From Lama guanicoe (taxonomy: Eukaryota), in the NCBI GenBank assembly GCA_013239625.1, contig MU055753.1, forward strand, positions 2,658,702 to 2,722,701: a stretch of 64,000 nt of DNA, in the 5' to 3' direction. The notes below the pieces were generated by a model. It was not told the origin of the DNA and did no database searches. It worked only from the letters and a program-made list of their open reading frames with translations. The stretch's first letter is position 1, and every line of letters starts with the position of its first letter. Made by a program: the position numbers and the translations under genes. Of the stretch, positions 23,739 through 38,720 are shown one piece after another.

Positions 23739-26373
23739 CACGCAGGAGCGAGGACCAGGTGGAGGGCAGCAGGCCCAGAAAGGAGGAGGCAGTGGTGCGG
23801 GGGCCTGAGGAGCCCAGGGGCCCCCGGCGTCCGGCCCGGACTCAGGGTGAAGGCCCAGGTGAGTGGGCCTTCCTTGCAGGCGTCTCTGCTCTGGCCTGAG
23901 AGGCCTGAGGCAGCCTCTTGCCGAGCGTGGTGCCCAGACTGGCAGGGTACCCACCCAGAAAGTGGACAAGAACCCACATGCTCTCTGGTCACTCTGTGGG
24001 GCCTGATCTTGCCTTCAACATTGATCCGTCTGACATAGGGTTCTTTCGTGCCTCGCAGGCCCCAAAGAATCCTCGACAAACGGTCCTGTGAGCCAAGAGG
24101 CCTTCCCAGCAACCGGCTTGGCTGTGGGGACCGCACTTCCAAGGTACACGTGTGCACAAACCGGGGTGAGGGTGCCGGGCTCCTATAGAGGGTGAGTGTG
24201 GGACCGGCCAGGGACGAGCAAGCCGCTGAACCTTCTCCCGTTCCTCGGCTCAGCACTCTCCCACCCCCGACTTCGAAGCTCAAGGATGAAGACTTTCCCA
24301 GTCTCTGTGCCTCTGCTTCCTCCTCCTCCTCCACCGCAGCAGCCCTGGGCCCTGTGGGGCTGCCACTGGCATACGCGGTTCCCAGCAGGGGCAGGAGCAC
24401 CTTCCAGGAGGACGACTTCCCTGCCCTGGTGTCCTCTGCTTCCAAGCCCACCGCTGCCCCCACCAGCCTCATCTCTGCCTGGAACAGCAGTGGCAGCAAG
24501 AAAGTGGCACATCCCACCACTGGGGCCCAGTCTGCTGGTGGGAGCAGCCAGCCCTCCAGGAAGGCTGGGAAGGGGGGCAAGGGTGGCAAAAAGGGTGGGC
24601 CGCCCCCGGTGGAGGAGGAGGAGGAGGATGGCCGCACTGGCCTCACCGCCCAGGAGCTGCGGAGCGTGCCCACAACAGTCACTGTCTCCTCCCTGCTGGC
24701 ACTGGCCTCCACCCAGACCTTCACCAAGGTTGGCAAGAAGAAGAAAGTGGGCTCTGAGAAGCTGGGTGCCGCATCTCCCCCGCCACTGCCCTCTGACAAA
24801 GATGGGTCCCCTGGGGCTGAGCAGGCCCCCACAGCCCCCACTGGCAGGGCTGAGGGGCCAGTTGCTGTTGTCGTCAATGGACACACAGAAGGGCCGGTCC
24901 CAGCTCGGAGCACTCCCAAGGAACCCCCTGGGCTCCCAAGGCCCCAGGGGCCCCTCCCTTGCCCCACACCCCAGGAAGACTTCCCAGCGCTCGGCGGCCC
25001 CTGCCCGCCCAGGATGCCCCCGCCCCCAGGTATGTGTACCTGCCTCAGGCCTGCTTTTCAGCATCTGGGAAGAGGTCAGAGTAGCAGAGTCAGGCTGGAG
25101 CCCTCCAGGCCCACGAGGAGCACAGCTAGAGGTTCTGTGGTGCAGGTGCAGGTGCAGGAGGGAAGAGGTAAGCTTCTACAGTGGTTTCCAGCTGCCTCAG
25201 AAGCCAGGCTCCACGTCTGTGAGTGACGTGATCTCGGTTCACCACTTAACTTCTCTGTATCCTTTTCCTCCCCATAAATCAGGGCAATTTTAGCATCCTC
25301 TTGAGATGGGTTTAAGTGAGTTAACTTAGACAGGATTTGCCATGAGGGAGCACAGTTTATGTGCCAGCACTTGGCATCATCCGGTCCCAGGCCTGTTCCA
25401 TGGCGGAGGTGGGTCATGGATGAAGCCTGACCCTGATGAGATGGGAGGTGGGGAACCAAGGCCTGGCTGTGCCTGTCCAGTGAGAGTCACGTCCTGGGAT
25501 CTTCCTGTGCTCACCCTGCCACAGGCTTCAACACTGTGGTGCTTCTGAAGGGCACTCCACCCCCGCCTCCGCCAGGTCTCGTGCCCCCCATCAGCAAGCC
25601 GCCCCCTGGCTTCTCCGGCCTTCTGCCCAGCCCCCACCCAGCCTGTGTCCCCAGCACTACCACCACCACAAAAGCGTGAGTGAGGGTGGGCCGCCTGGCC
25701 TGGTGCCCCTGGGGGAGTGCTTTCACCTTGGGCCACCCCAAAGGCTGAAGCTTCCACCTCCTCCCCATCTCCTGACCCCAGACCTAGGCTGACAACCATG
25801 CCACGGGCCTACCTGGTCCCTGAGAACTTCCGGGAGAGGAACCTGCAGCTCATCCAGTCTATCAAGGACTTCCTGCAGAGCGATGAGGCCCGCTTCAACA
25901 AATTCAAGAGCCACTCGGGGGAATTTAGACAGGTTAGGCAGGCGGGGTTGCGGGGGGCCAGTCCAGCCACCTGGGGCCCAGGCCTGGGCCAGGTGTGACT
26001 GGTCTGCTCTGGGTGGCAGGGTGTGATCTCCGCAGCCCAGTATTACAAGAGCTGCCGGGACCTGCTCGGGGAGAACTTCCAGAAGATCTTCAATGAGCTG
26101 CTGGTGCTCCTGCCCGACACGGCCAAGCAGCAGGAGCTGCTGTCTGCGCACACGGACTTCCGAGGCCGAGAGAGGCCTCCCGGCACCAAGGCCAAGAAGA
26201 ACAAGAAGAATGCATGGCAGGCCAGCACCCGGCAGACGGGCCTGGACTGCTGCGTGTGCCCCACTTGCCAGCAGGTGCTCGCGCACGGTGATGTCAGGAG
26301 CCACCAGGCGCTGCACGCCGCCCGGGATGATGACTTCCCCTCCCTGCAAGCCATTGCCAGGATCCTCACGTAG
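15184..26373 (+). CDS. ZNF598: E3 ubiquitin ligase ZNF598 (collided-ribosome sensor), ~920 aa. Exons: 15184-15405, 20484-20596, 21332-21461, 21874-22085, 22186-22403, 22954-23071, 23626-23858, 24059-24143, 24254-25029, 25525-25675, 25782-25932, 26020-26373
   Basis: N-terminal RING (CVLC...CDHPVCxRC...CAVC), C2H2 fingers, Pro-rich PPPGF motifs, C-terminal DDDFPSLQAIARILT. All introns GT-AG with consistent phases. AATAAA at 26934-26939. Confidence 0.96.
23678..23734 (+). repeat. Pure (CAG)19 coding microsatellite (polyQ) in ZNF598 exon 7
   Basis: 57 bp of uninterrupted CAG, in frame as AA-Q19-ETRR. Confidence 0.97.
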
Positions 26374-29300
26374 CTCCCGCCAGTGTGGGCAGAAGTTGCC
26401 ATACTCATGAGCCTCCTTTCTCCTTCCTTCTCCCACTGGGCTGCCAAGCAGCCAGGTGAGGCCACCTGTTCAGGTCCTGCAGCTGACCAGCCCCCCAGGG
26501 GTCACCAGGAAAGCCCACCCCACCCTGTCAGCACACCATCATGCAGGAGTCCATCTGGTTTTCTCCTGGGAACTGGGGAAGGCCCCTGCCTTAGCAGCAG
26601 GCCAGTCTGGGTTATTCTCATGCTTTGGGAAGGGCCAGGACGCCGGGACCTGTCTGTGGTGTCAGAGTGAGTGGCCACGGTGGCCTAATTTGGGACCTCC
26701 TGAACCTGAGGGCTGTAGCATCATGGTCCCTGAGCCAGAAGCTGTGGGTCCACTGGTGTTGGAGTCAGATATTGAGTGTGTTGTGTAAACAGTTGAATGT
26801 TTCATGATTCAAGAATGTTCAGGATTAAAAGCAGACACGAAATCGTGCTACTTGAAGTTGAATCTTTTTACGAGACGAGCTGAATCTGGGATCTCAAATT
26901 GCCTCTGACCTTTTATAAGACAATTTATCTTTAAATAAATTTATTTTGCAATAATGCAGAGCTAGTGTTCTGAGCTTCTCTGCCTCCCGGGGTCACCCCA
27001 CAGCCAGGGGGACTCAGAGTTGTCAGATGCCACAGCTCAGGTGGTCACCAGTGAGTGCGGGGGCAGGGAAGATGTGGGGTGAGCTGGGCAGCCAGGCTTT
27101 ACTCACAGGAAGCAGCAGCCAACTGTGGGCTGGGGTCCTGGAGGTCCAGCACTGCCCAAGCCTTCCAGGAGATGACACAGCCCTGCTCGACCTATACTGT
27201 ATACCTAGTAAAACCACCCATTCAGAACGTGAGAGTCACAGACTCAAGGATACATCCATAGACCAGTGAAAGGGCTACTAAAGATAAACTCCAACAAGAA
27301 CAACTTAGTGCAGGGTATATCTGAAATACTGAAAGAAAATAATTTGTACTTAATTATTTGGATCTAGTATTTTGGAAGGGGACCAGACATGCACTGAAAT
27401 CTCTCCTTTCTGCCATACATGTAAATAGTGGAAGAAAAGGTCTAAACATAGCCCCGTCTAAATTTTTTTTAAAGGAAGAAGGGGTGCCCATGGTGATGAA
27501 GGGGACCTGGCCAGTGGCCTGCAGAGGGGCCACATGGCTGCAATGGCACTGTCTGAAGTCAAGGACCTGGACGATGCTACCTGCCTGCCTGTGGCTGGGC
27601 TGGAGTGAGTCGCTGGGTGATGGCCAGGCCCAGGGCCCACCAGGAGAGGAGAGCCTTCACCATCTTCACTCTCCACGGCCACCTGCATTCCCCACCACAC
27701 ACAAGAAGGCTCTCAGAAGAGAAACCTGAAAAATAGGCTCTCTCATTAACAATATTGAAAATACCTGTTCTTAAAGAAGCACAATTCATAATACCAGGCA
27801 ACACGGAAGTAAAGCTTGCTGTGTGACAAACACTGCTCTGAGCTCTACATGTGTTAATGCTAACCCTCACCCCACCGTGTGTGATAGGAACTACTGTTAT
27901 CTTTGTTTTACAGAAGAGAAACCAGAGGCACAGGCAAGTTGAGAGACTCGCCCCCAAAGACCAAGTTTGACTGTTGCCAAACCAGCATTCCAGCTCCAGA
28001 GATGGTGCTTATCTGCTTTGTTCATCCAGGAGGTTGCTAACCAATAAGAAGTTTTAGAAATGAAAAAGAGATAAAAATTCCAATAGATGGTTCAAAAGTA
28101 AACAAGACCAAGCTGGGGTAATCTCCAAAAAGGATTTAGCCGTGGAATGTGGCTCTGGACTCTGTGTGGTACACCTGTTGGCAGTCCCAGGAGCAGAAGG
28201 TAATGAGAAGGGGACATTTGAAGAAATCATGACCACTTGTACCAGCACTCTCCAATATGAGTGTCAGCCTAGCCACCTCCCTGCCCCTTTCTGGATTCTG
28301 GGCCCTGGTGCCCCTCAGGTTCCAACCTCTGGCACTGGAAGGGCCAGAGTAGAAATGATTCCAAGAGTGTCTGGGCCACGATAAACTCATTTACAGTCTT
28401 TATTGTAAAGAAGTTGCAGTTGGAACATGGGACACTGAAAATACACAATCACGGATTGTTCTTTCAGAAGAGAGAGGGAAAGTGTCATATATACAAAAAT
28501 TGTAAACATGTTCACTTAAATATCCACACATAATTGGTCTATGCTACAATGTACAGGGTTGTCACTCAACTGCAACTCCAGAGGGAGGCGTCTGTCTGTA
28601 AGAATGATATGTGGCAACCGCATTTGGTATTGACTTAATGTGAAAAGCCAGCTTTGAGCAATGCATGAGTACTCAGCTATGCAGAGGGACCTGCAACCTC
28701 AGGCTGGGCCTTAAAATGGGGTGCAGAGTGGGGAGTTGAGGGACTAGTCCAGGAAGCCAAGGTACAGGGATTTGCACGGAATGGCCGTCTCCAGGGCGTG
28801 GTGGGCAGGTGGAGCCTCTCGGCCTCTCTCCTCATGAGGGGTGTGTCTTGCCAGGCACCCAGGTGTCTTAAGCCTCCCACGGGCAAGGTCTTATTAAAGG
28901 GCTGGGAGAGGGCTGGTGCCCAGGCCTACAGCCATGTTGTGCTCTCCTGGGCAGAGCTGCCCACACCCCAGTAGGGGCCTGGGCCAAGGCAGGTAAGGGC
29001 TGGAGCAGGGCCCACAGACAGAGGGGCTGCTTGTGGGGAACTACGAGGTGAAACCTGAAGACTTGACCAGAACCACGACATCAACCAAGCCAGCAGTCTA
29101 GTGCGCCTGTGTGAGAGGAAATGGAGGGAGGCTCCAGACAGAGCACGTGGCCCTCCAGGGTGACCCACCAGGAGAGAGCAAGGACCATCATTACCCACAG
29201 GGACATGGGACGGGGAACAGTGGCCATGCTTACCAGGCCACGGAGTGGGGGCAGTGTCCCTTCCTCTAGTCACCCTCAGTCTGGGGCAGCCCCTTCACCT

Positions 29301-29657
29301 GGCTATGGAGGGCAGCTGCACCCCTGAGCCCAGGGTGGACAGGTAAGCCCCAGGCTGGCTGGCTCCTGAAAGGCATGGCTCCCTGCCTAGGCTGGTCCAC
29401 TGGAGGCTGGAGAACACGTGCCTAGGGCTGTGCTGTGCCCTCCTCAGGACCTCAGGCCCTGGACTGGGGACTAAGGGGATGGGAGGAGCTTGTAGGGGAC
29501 AGCCTAAGCACCCTGGAGGCTACCCTCTCTTGGCCCCAGACGGCTCACACTGGCCACACCCTGCTGCTGGGCTAGGAGGACCCAAGAGAGCTCCAGGAGG
29601 CCTTGGGCTCTGAGCTGGTGGGGCTGCCTTCGCGCCTTGGTCTGGGCCTGCCCACCA

Positions 29658-32418
29658 CTAGTAGGCAGGCACCTGGTACCCTTTGGGGCTGGTGTCCAGG
29701 GTCTCGGTGAAAGGCGGGCTCTGGTAGGTCTCAGTGCCCTCTACGCCGCTGCCAACCGGGTAGCCTGGGTACGCCTGGCCTGCCCCAGTGCTCAGCTGTT
29801 CGGTGGCAAAGAGCGACATGTCGGTGCCCAGGCGGAACCGCTGCAGGGCCTTCACAGTAAGCGCCACCTAAGGGGGAGTCCAGGGTCAGCTCTAGCCCCG
29901 GCCCCAGACCCCGCCGCCTGCGGCCCGCCGACCACACTCACCCAGCTGAGGATGGAGAAGAAGCTGAAGGCAATGGCGGCCCGCGCCGCGTCTCCTGCCT
30001 GCGTCGTGCCCGGCCCGGGCGCCGTGTGCTGCCACTGGTTGGTGAGGAAACAGAAGCCCACGAACCACAGGAAGGACCAGAGCCCTGCGGAGGAACCAGC
30101 GGGTCACAGGGAGCTCCAAGAAGGACCCCACCCAGCTACGCGGGAAAGAAGTATCCGCCGAACGGAGGCCCCGCCCCGCCGGGACCGGACGGGTCCCAGC
30201 CACACTCGGCTGAGAACACAACACCCTCCCTGTGGCCCCACCCCCGCCCCCTAGGCCCGCCCCTCGTGGCCCGGTCCCGCCCACCTGAGAAGCCCAGGTC
30301 GAGCAGCACTGCGCGGCGACGGTCGCGGACGCTGCTGATCTGCTGGAAACGCAGGTCCAGCAGCAGGAAGGCGGCGCAGGCAAGGAAGGCCCCCAGGCCT
30401 AGCACGACGCCGAAGCGGCAGGCTCCCGCGTTCCCGTTGAAGACACAGCGCAGCTCCGGGCCGCTGTCGGCGTTCACGTAGCCCTCGTTGATTATGGGCC
30501 CGAAGACGGCGATGGAGAACACCTGTGGGCCGGGGGAGGGTGGCAGGAGGCGCTCAGGGCCCTGAGATGGCCCCCTCCCCACCGAGGCCTGAGATTTTCT
30601 AGCCCAGCATGAACGCCAACGCCGTCCGGCGTGTCCCTGCGTTCCCCTGAAGCACAGAGTCCATCTCTGGGTGGAGGTCTTCAAGACCCCTCCCTTAATA
30701 CCTACAATATTTAATAACTATGGACGATGTGTACCAGTGAGCAACTACTATACCCAGGTGTTGTGCTAAAAATGGCTATGTGCCTTTGCTCATGGAATCC
30801 TCTGCAAAAACCATGAGGGTGGCATTGTTCTTATCCTGGGGATAATGGGGAAACTGAGGCTCCAACAGGTAAAGTGATTTGTCCAGGATCGCATGGCTGA
30901 TAAGAGCAAGGGCAGATGTTCAAGCTGGCTCCTCCGCACCTTGTGGAGCCTTTAGTGTCTCCCATGGCCCACTTCAGAGTGTGGGGACAGGAGCTTTCAT
31001 CTGGACCAGTGATTCCCAAGCTTGAGTCAGTGGAGCCCAGGAAAGTAGATGTGGAGTGCGGCCAGTGGGTCCAGAGGAGCCAGAGCATAGAGGGGGCCAC
31101 CAGAGGGACTGCTGCACAGAGGTGTCAGCGGGACCTCACTGGAACCTGCTCTCAGCATTTAAGAGCTGTGAGGCCCTGTTTCCTAGCATGCCAAATGTGG
31201 TAACAAGCACAACTCATGGTGTGCTGGGGACTGTGATTAATATCATCCATAAGAGTATGGGCTCAAAAGGTGACACTGTGGCTCCTGGGGTTCAGACAAA
31301 CCTGAGGGCCCTGTGTCTGTGATGGCTGGAAGGTAAATAGAAGGTGGACCACAGTCCTTTTAAACCAGATGCTGCTTTTTTAGCTCTGGGCAGCCCTATG
31401 TTTCTAAAAACAAAACTCCAGTTTCAACTTCATTTCTTTCCCACCCCAGCTCCTAGAGACTGAGTCAAGAGGGGAACCAAGGTGCAAGATATAGACATGT
31501 TCCCCCTGATTGGTCCACAAGTTGAATCAGATCTGGAACCAGAATGTAGGGTTCCTACTTTTTGGTCTGGCTGGAGTCACTCTACGCAGAAGACCAAGGC
31601 CCCTGCCCCACCCTAATCACTGGCCTCCTCCTGGAAGATAGGTGAGGAGGTGCCGCCACCCGCTGGACAAAACCCAGAACTCAGCATTACATCTCCCATC
31701 TCCCCAGCCAGGAGGAGCAGGCCACCAGGCCTAGGGTTACCCCAGTAGGCTAGGCTGCTCCCAAATCGGCCCCCCCAATGCAGAACTCCTTCTGGCTGCC
31801 CCTCTGAGAAAGCAACTCACAGTTGCAACTAGGGGTGCTGGAAAGGGCCAGCTCTCTTGGAAGGAGCCTGGAGGATGTGTGAGCAGGAGAGGCGGGAGGA
31901 AGCTGTCTGATTCTCTCTGCTCCGGGAGCCCCTTCTCATGCTGAGGCTGGGCGCCCAAACCCCTCTGTTAATTCTGTCCCCACTCCTGTGCCCACTTCCA
32001 GGGAGTGAGCACAGGAAAAACGGAGCGACAGCTGAGGAAGGGTACTGAGTTAGACCTAAGGAGGAATTGGGAGGTGGGTGCCGCGGGCGGTGACCTCTCA
32101 AGGTCTCCGGCTGTCGCCGCCAGCCCCTCCCCCGCCTGCAGGTGGGCGCGCCCTGCCTGGTGACGTCACCCCAACCTGCGGCCGGCGGGGGGAGGGGCCG
32201 GCAAGGATGAGGATGGGGGCGAGGGACAGGGGCGATGGGGAGGTGGTCGGAACTAGGGATGCGAGGCCAGGGGGGAGGGGGTATTGGGTGGGGCAGGGGC
32301 TGGGGCCGGGGACACTCACCCAGGACGCGACCCGCAGCAGGGTCTGGGGCCGCCTCGCGAAGCTCACAGGGTCCAGGGCGGCCCCCGCGCGGCCCGCGCC
32401 GAATGAGGCTCCCTCCAT
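29658..32418 (-). CDS. SYNGR3: Synaptogyrin-3. Exons: 32418-32320, 30522-30285, 30084-29942, 29867-29658
   Basis: MEGASFGAGRAGAALDPVSFARRPQTLLRVASW|VFSIAVFGPIINEGY...; MARVEL transmembrane segments; ends SPKGYQVPAY*. Canonical splice sites; AATAAA at 28404-28399. Confidence 0.96.
30750..30925. mobile_element. MIR SINE fragment; similar fragments near 1290, 27890, 51090, 57380, 61845 and 63900
   Basis: ggggaaactgaggctc...aggtaaagtgatttgtccaggatcgcatggct core motif. Confidence 0.6.
32161..32168. promoter_or_regulatory. Palindromic CRE (TGACGTCA) in the SYNGR3 intron-1 CpG island
   Basis: Exact 8-bp CRE about 150 bp into intron 1. Confidence 0.45.
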
Positions 32419-34132
32419 AGCCAGCCCGGGCGGGCCGCGCGCTCCTGGTGCCCTCTGTCCGTCTGTCGGTCAGGCCGGCCCCGCCCGAGGCTCCCCGGGG
32501 CTGCTGCCGATGCTGCCGATGCTGCCCGTCTGCCGCTATCACCGCTGCCTCCCGGGAGCGCGCGCCAGCCGCGGCGGGGGCGCGCAGGGCGGAACCGAGC
32601 CCGCTTCCCCCCCACTGGTCCACGCGCACTGAGCTGGAACACTCCCCTCTCTCTGCCCCACCCACCTTCCACACCCCACTCTCACCGCAGAACCAGGGTC
32701 CAGGCCCCAGGTCCCCATCAGGCGGCAGGGTCAAGGGGCTGGATCCCCCTCTGCCCCTCACAAGTAGTCAGGAGTCAGCAAGGCAGGCAGACACTGGGCT
32801 CAGGCTTTGCTGTAGCCACGTGGATAGACAGACTGACATGGCCCCGCTCCTCTGAGCAGGGCCCTTTCTGATTGTGTAAGGAGGTAAAACAGGCCCAAGG
32901 GCCCCAAAGTCTTCCCCTACAGCCCTCAGAGAAAGGGACCCAGCTTCCTGGCCCTGGTCCCTGTAGACCAGAGGTAGGTTACTGGGGCCTTTCCCATGAC
33001 TTCCCACTACACCCTAGCTTCTCAGAGGACTCTAGCCTTCCCAACAGGGAGGGAGAATGGCTTCTGCCCCCAGGGGCCCTTGTCCAGGAAGGCAGAGTCT
33101 ACAGGCCAGCATGGGTGGGAGGTGGGGCATCTATGCTCTTTTCCTGTGGCTGGATGTTGTCATTCCAAGGGTGCTCACAGAACCCTCTGCACTCCTGGGC
33201 CTCCTCAACTGACCATTGGCTGACGTATTTAGTCTGGGGCCAAGGAGTGGGCAGAAGCATCAGAGATGGGGAGTTTGGCAGAGCTGGTGCCTAGCTGCCC
33301 CATGTACTTACTAGGTCTCTGCCACATATCGCCCAGCCCCTGTTAGATAAGGGTTCCTTCCTTCATGTTCCTTCCAGCCAGCCAGCAGGGGCCCAGATTA
33401 CTCCCATGTCTGTCTAAGGCATTGAGAAAAGTCTGCAATGGTTGAACATTTAATGCCAGGCATTTCACCACAACCTGCAGAGGTAGGGACTGTTTTACCC
33501 CCATAGTTTGGTCAATAGGCAGGCTGTTTGAGGTCCTTGATCATGGAAAGTAAAGGATTGGGATTCAAACCCAGTTCCCAACCATGCCATCTGGGTGGTG
33601 TGGACAGTGGTACCTGTTATCCCAGATGTGGCCATCCACTGGTCAACTCCATTACACTATACATCCAATCCCATCACCTCTCGCCTGTCAGTGACAGTCC
33701 CCCCTCTTGGTCCCACGCATAATTTGTTCTCCCTTTTACTTGATCATTTACATCAGTGCATAAACGTGCTACCTTCTTGTAACTCAAAAACAAACTTCCA
33801 TTCTTCTTTTTTTTAAAACCTCCATTCTTAAGGCCACTTCCACTTCCAGCTGTCACTGCTCCTTTTAGTTCTGGGGCAATTCAGGCACTGCATCCTGTCC
33901 CTGTCCTCCTGGGAATACTGCCCATGTCACCCTCTCCTCGTGTTCCTCCAACTTCCTGGGCCCTTTCTTGTCACCCCTTCCCAGTTCCCTCCTCTTGTTC
34001 AATCTGTGACCCCTGAACCTTAGGGGGCCCCAGAGCATGGTCCTGGGTCTCTTCTCCCTGCTCTGTGTCCACTCCTTTCATCTCTGTGCTGACAGCTGGA
34101 GCCAGAACCTTCCCTTAAATTACAATCCCACT

Positions 34133-34505
34133 TGTCTTAGCCTGGAGGCCCTAGAAAACCAAGTCTGCAGCCAAGTAAGAGTTTTAATGGGCAGTGAAGC
34201 TTCGGGGGAGCCAGGGTTAGGGAAAAAGGGAGGCGAGGCAGGGAAGGAGGGAGAGCAAATACAGATGGTGCTCCTGAGCTCCCACAGCTTTGCTGGCTCC
34301 CAGCATACAGGTGACTTGGGAAAAGCCAGAGAGAAGCTCTGTGCTAGGGAAGGAAAGAGCCGTGACTCCTTTGCTGGTGGCTCCCTGCCTATTTCTTTGC
34401 ATCACCTGGCCCTGCAGAAACCAGCACCCCCATGGGGCCAGTGGGGTAAAGGTGCCAAGGAGACTGTGCCAAATGTTGGCACCTGCCCAGGGAGAAGCTG
34501 AGACA
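34133..34505. mobile_element. Probable old ERVL/MaLR-type solo LTR
   Basis: Begins TGTCTTAG and ends CTGAGACA (inverted termini); LTR-like length. Family not assignable by eye. Confidence 0.35.
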
Positions 34506-35735
34506 CCATGGAGAGAGGTGACCAGAGCTTTACGACCACAGGGATGGGGCACACTGTTGCTGGGCCATTCCAGCTGGGAAGCCAGGAGCCAAGGCCTAGG
34601 AGCAGGTATGGCTGCGAAGATCCAGGAAGGCCCAAAAGCTGAGTCCAGGTCACCCCCAAACCTGCTCCAGTTACAGCCTTTTTGCATTTCATTAATACAC
34701 TGGGCAACTCCATCCTTCCAGCTGCTTGGGCCAGAATCCCGGAGTCACCCTGGGCTCCACCCTGAGTGTATCCAGCGATCTCTCCTACCCACCCTTGGGT
34801 GAGCTTCCCTCTAAGCTGCCACATGGGTGCCTGCCCTCCCTGCACTTGCCCACACCTGCCTCATTCTAGCTCAGCAGCCAGAGGGACCTTTCAAAAGTCA
34901 CATCTTGCTATTCCTCTGTTCCAAATCCTTCCAGACCTTCTTGTCACAGGAGCTGGGTCTTAAAACCACATCTTTCCTAGGGCCTTGAGGACTCCTGCCT
35001 TGTGACCTCTCCTTGCCTCTTTGACCCTTCCTCGGCCTCCTTGCTGTTCCTGGAACATCTTGACCCACTCTTTCTTGCCTTGGGACCTCTCCCACTTCCT
35101 AAGGAGCCAGAACCCAGACGGGAGAAAGCAGTAGACTATAGAGGGACAAGGGCAGGCCCTGTCCATCGCTGCAAGTCCTGGCACAAAACACACCACAGCC
35201 AGGTCTTCAGTCACTTCTCCAGCATTTTATTTTGGTCTCAAGTTCACAAAGCCTCTGACAGGCCTGGTACAGCTAGGCAAGGCCACAGGTTGAACAGGGA
35301 CTTGCGTGCAACAGAGCTCAGCCTCCGAGGCTTCTTTCCTGATGTGCAAACAGCACACAGCCCCTGGGGCTACAACCACATCTGCTTTCCCTAGCTACAA
35401 GGTTTGGAGACAATGGCCTGGCCTGGAGGGGCGAGACAGCCAGGTCTGTTGCCTTCCTGTTGGGGGAAGTGGGGCACCAGGGTGGCAAGTGAGCAGGAGG
35501 CTGAATCCTCTATGGAAAGGACAGTCTACGCTGCTCCTGCCTCCTTCACCTGCAGCCCCACAGGGTGGTGGCTGAGGAGGCCATCAGGGTGCCGGGAATG
35601 GGCATCTCCACCTCTACCCCTAACTTGAGAGGGGAAGGGCTCCATGGGCAATATCTGGGGACCACCCAACACAGGTGAGACACAACAGGCTCTGGCTCTG
35701 AGGCACTTTAATGAGCGCCCCACCCTCTCTGCTGG

Positions 35736-37652
<1,917 letters not shown>

Positions 37653-38429
37653 GTTGCCCGCGCAACGCCTGCCGGGCCAGCTCGGCCTCCAGATGGGTCT
37701 CCAAGTCGGCCTCCAGGCCAGCGCGCGCGCCGCCGCCAGGGCGCGGCCACAGGAGCCGGGGGCGCGCGCCGAGGGCGCGGGCGCTGAGCTTGAGCTGGGG
37801 CCGGGGGCGGGGTCGGAGGCGGGGCCGGGTTCCGGCGAGGTGGCGGAGCTCGGGGCCTCGGCCCGCGCCCGGTAAGAGGCAGAGCTGGAAGCAGGGGTCC
37901 GGGCGGCCTGGGTGCGCGCGAGCCCGGACGCCCGGGTTGTGGCTGCACCCCTAGGCCTCGTTCCTCGACCCGAGCCCGACTTGCGTCGTCCGGGCTTGCG
38001 CTCCCGTTTCCTCCAGTAGAAGAGCAGTGTGTTGTGGAAGTAGCGCCGTGGCCGTGCCGCGGCCTCGGGCTGCGGCCGAGGCGACGTCTGTGTTGCGGCC
38101 CGCGATGCACCCATCGCTTTGCTCTGACCGTCCCCCGTGCCCGCGGCTAAGCTCTGTGCCCTCCGTTGGGGGCGCGTTCAGCAGCCGTTTCTTGGCGCCA
38201 TGGCAGCGCCGGGCAGGGCCGTGAGCGCACAGAGGGCGGTGCGTGCTGGGGCCGGGGTCCCACGGATCCGCCCGGGCGACTGGCGCCATGGCAACGGGAG
38301 TCAGGCAACTTGGGGCCTGGCCGTGACTGCAAAGGGGACGGTGCGTCTCCTCCGTGCACCCAGCGCCCTCGAATCCTATAGCCTGCATGAAGTCGGGAGT
38401 GGCCTCAAGGATACCTTTGCTTCCATACC

Positions 38430-38720
38430 TGCATTTGTTCATTCCGCAAATACTTGTGTCGTGCCTAATCTGTTCCAAACACAGTTAGGAGCTGGGCAGG
38501 GTGGGGAGCAAGATCCCATCCCTGACCTCCTCAGTTCATAGTCCAGTGATCAAGATGGAAAAAAACAAAAACAAAAGGAGAAATCACACTAATAAATATT
38601 CAGGTACAAACTCTGATGGGTGCCGTGAACAGGGTATAGGAAATCCAGGAGGCCTCCTTGAGGAGGTGACCCTTAGGCAGAGGCCTGAAGGACGGGGAAT
38701 CAGTTGAGGAGGTCAGTCAA
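38430..38720. mobile_element. Decayed L2-like fragment
   Basis: catttgttcattc..caaatacttg and ggcctccttgaggaggtgac motifs typical of L2 3' ends. Confidence 0.45.

Noticed and set aside
24189-24191. Possible 3-nt micro-exon (tag|AGG|gtgagt) in ZNF598
   Set aside because: The upstream intron would be only 45 nt; better read as an alternative donor.
23666-24967. 433-aa antisense ORF with poly-Leu, and 365-aa/390-aa alternative-frame ORFs
   Set aside because: Shadows of ZNF598 exons 6-9 and the CAG repeat.
32502-32527. TGCTGCCGA short tandem repeat in the SYNGR3 5' region
   Set aside because: Only 2-3 units in GC-rich leader; no supportable function.
37653-38114. Very long in-frame extension upstream of the GFER ATG (262-aa ORF call)
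   Set aside because: Runs through the GC-box promoter of a CpG island; only the proximal 23 codons are kept as a hypothesis.
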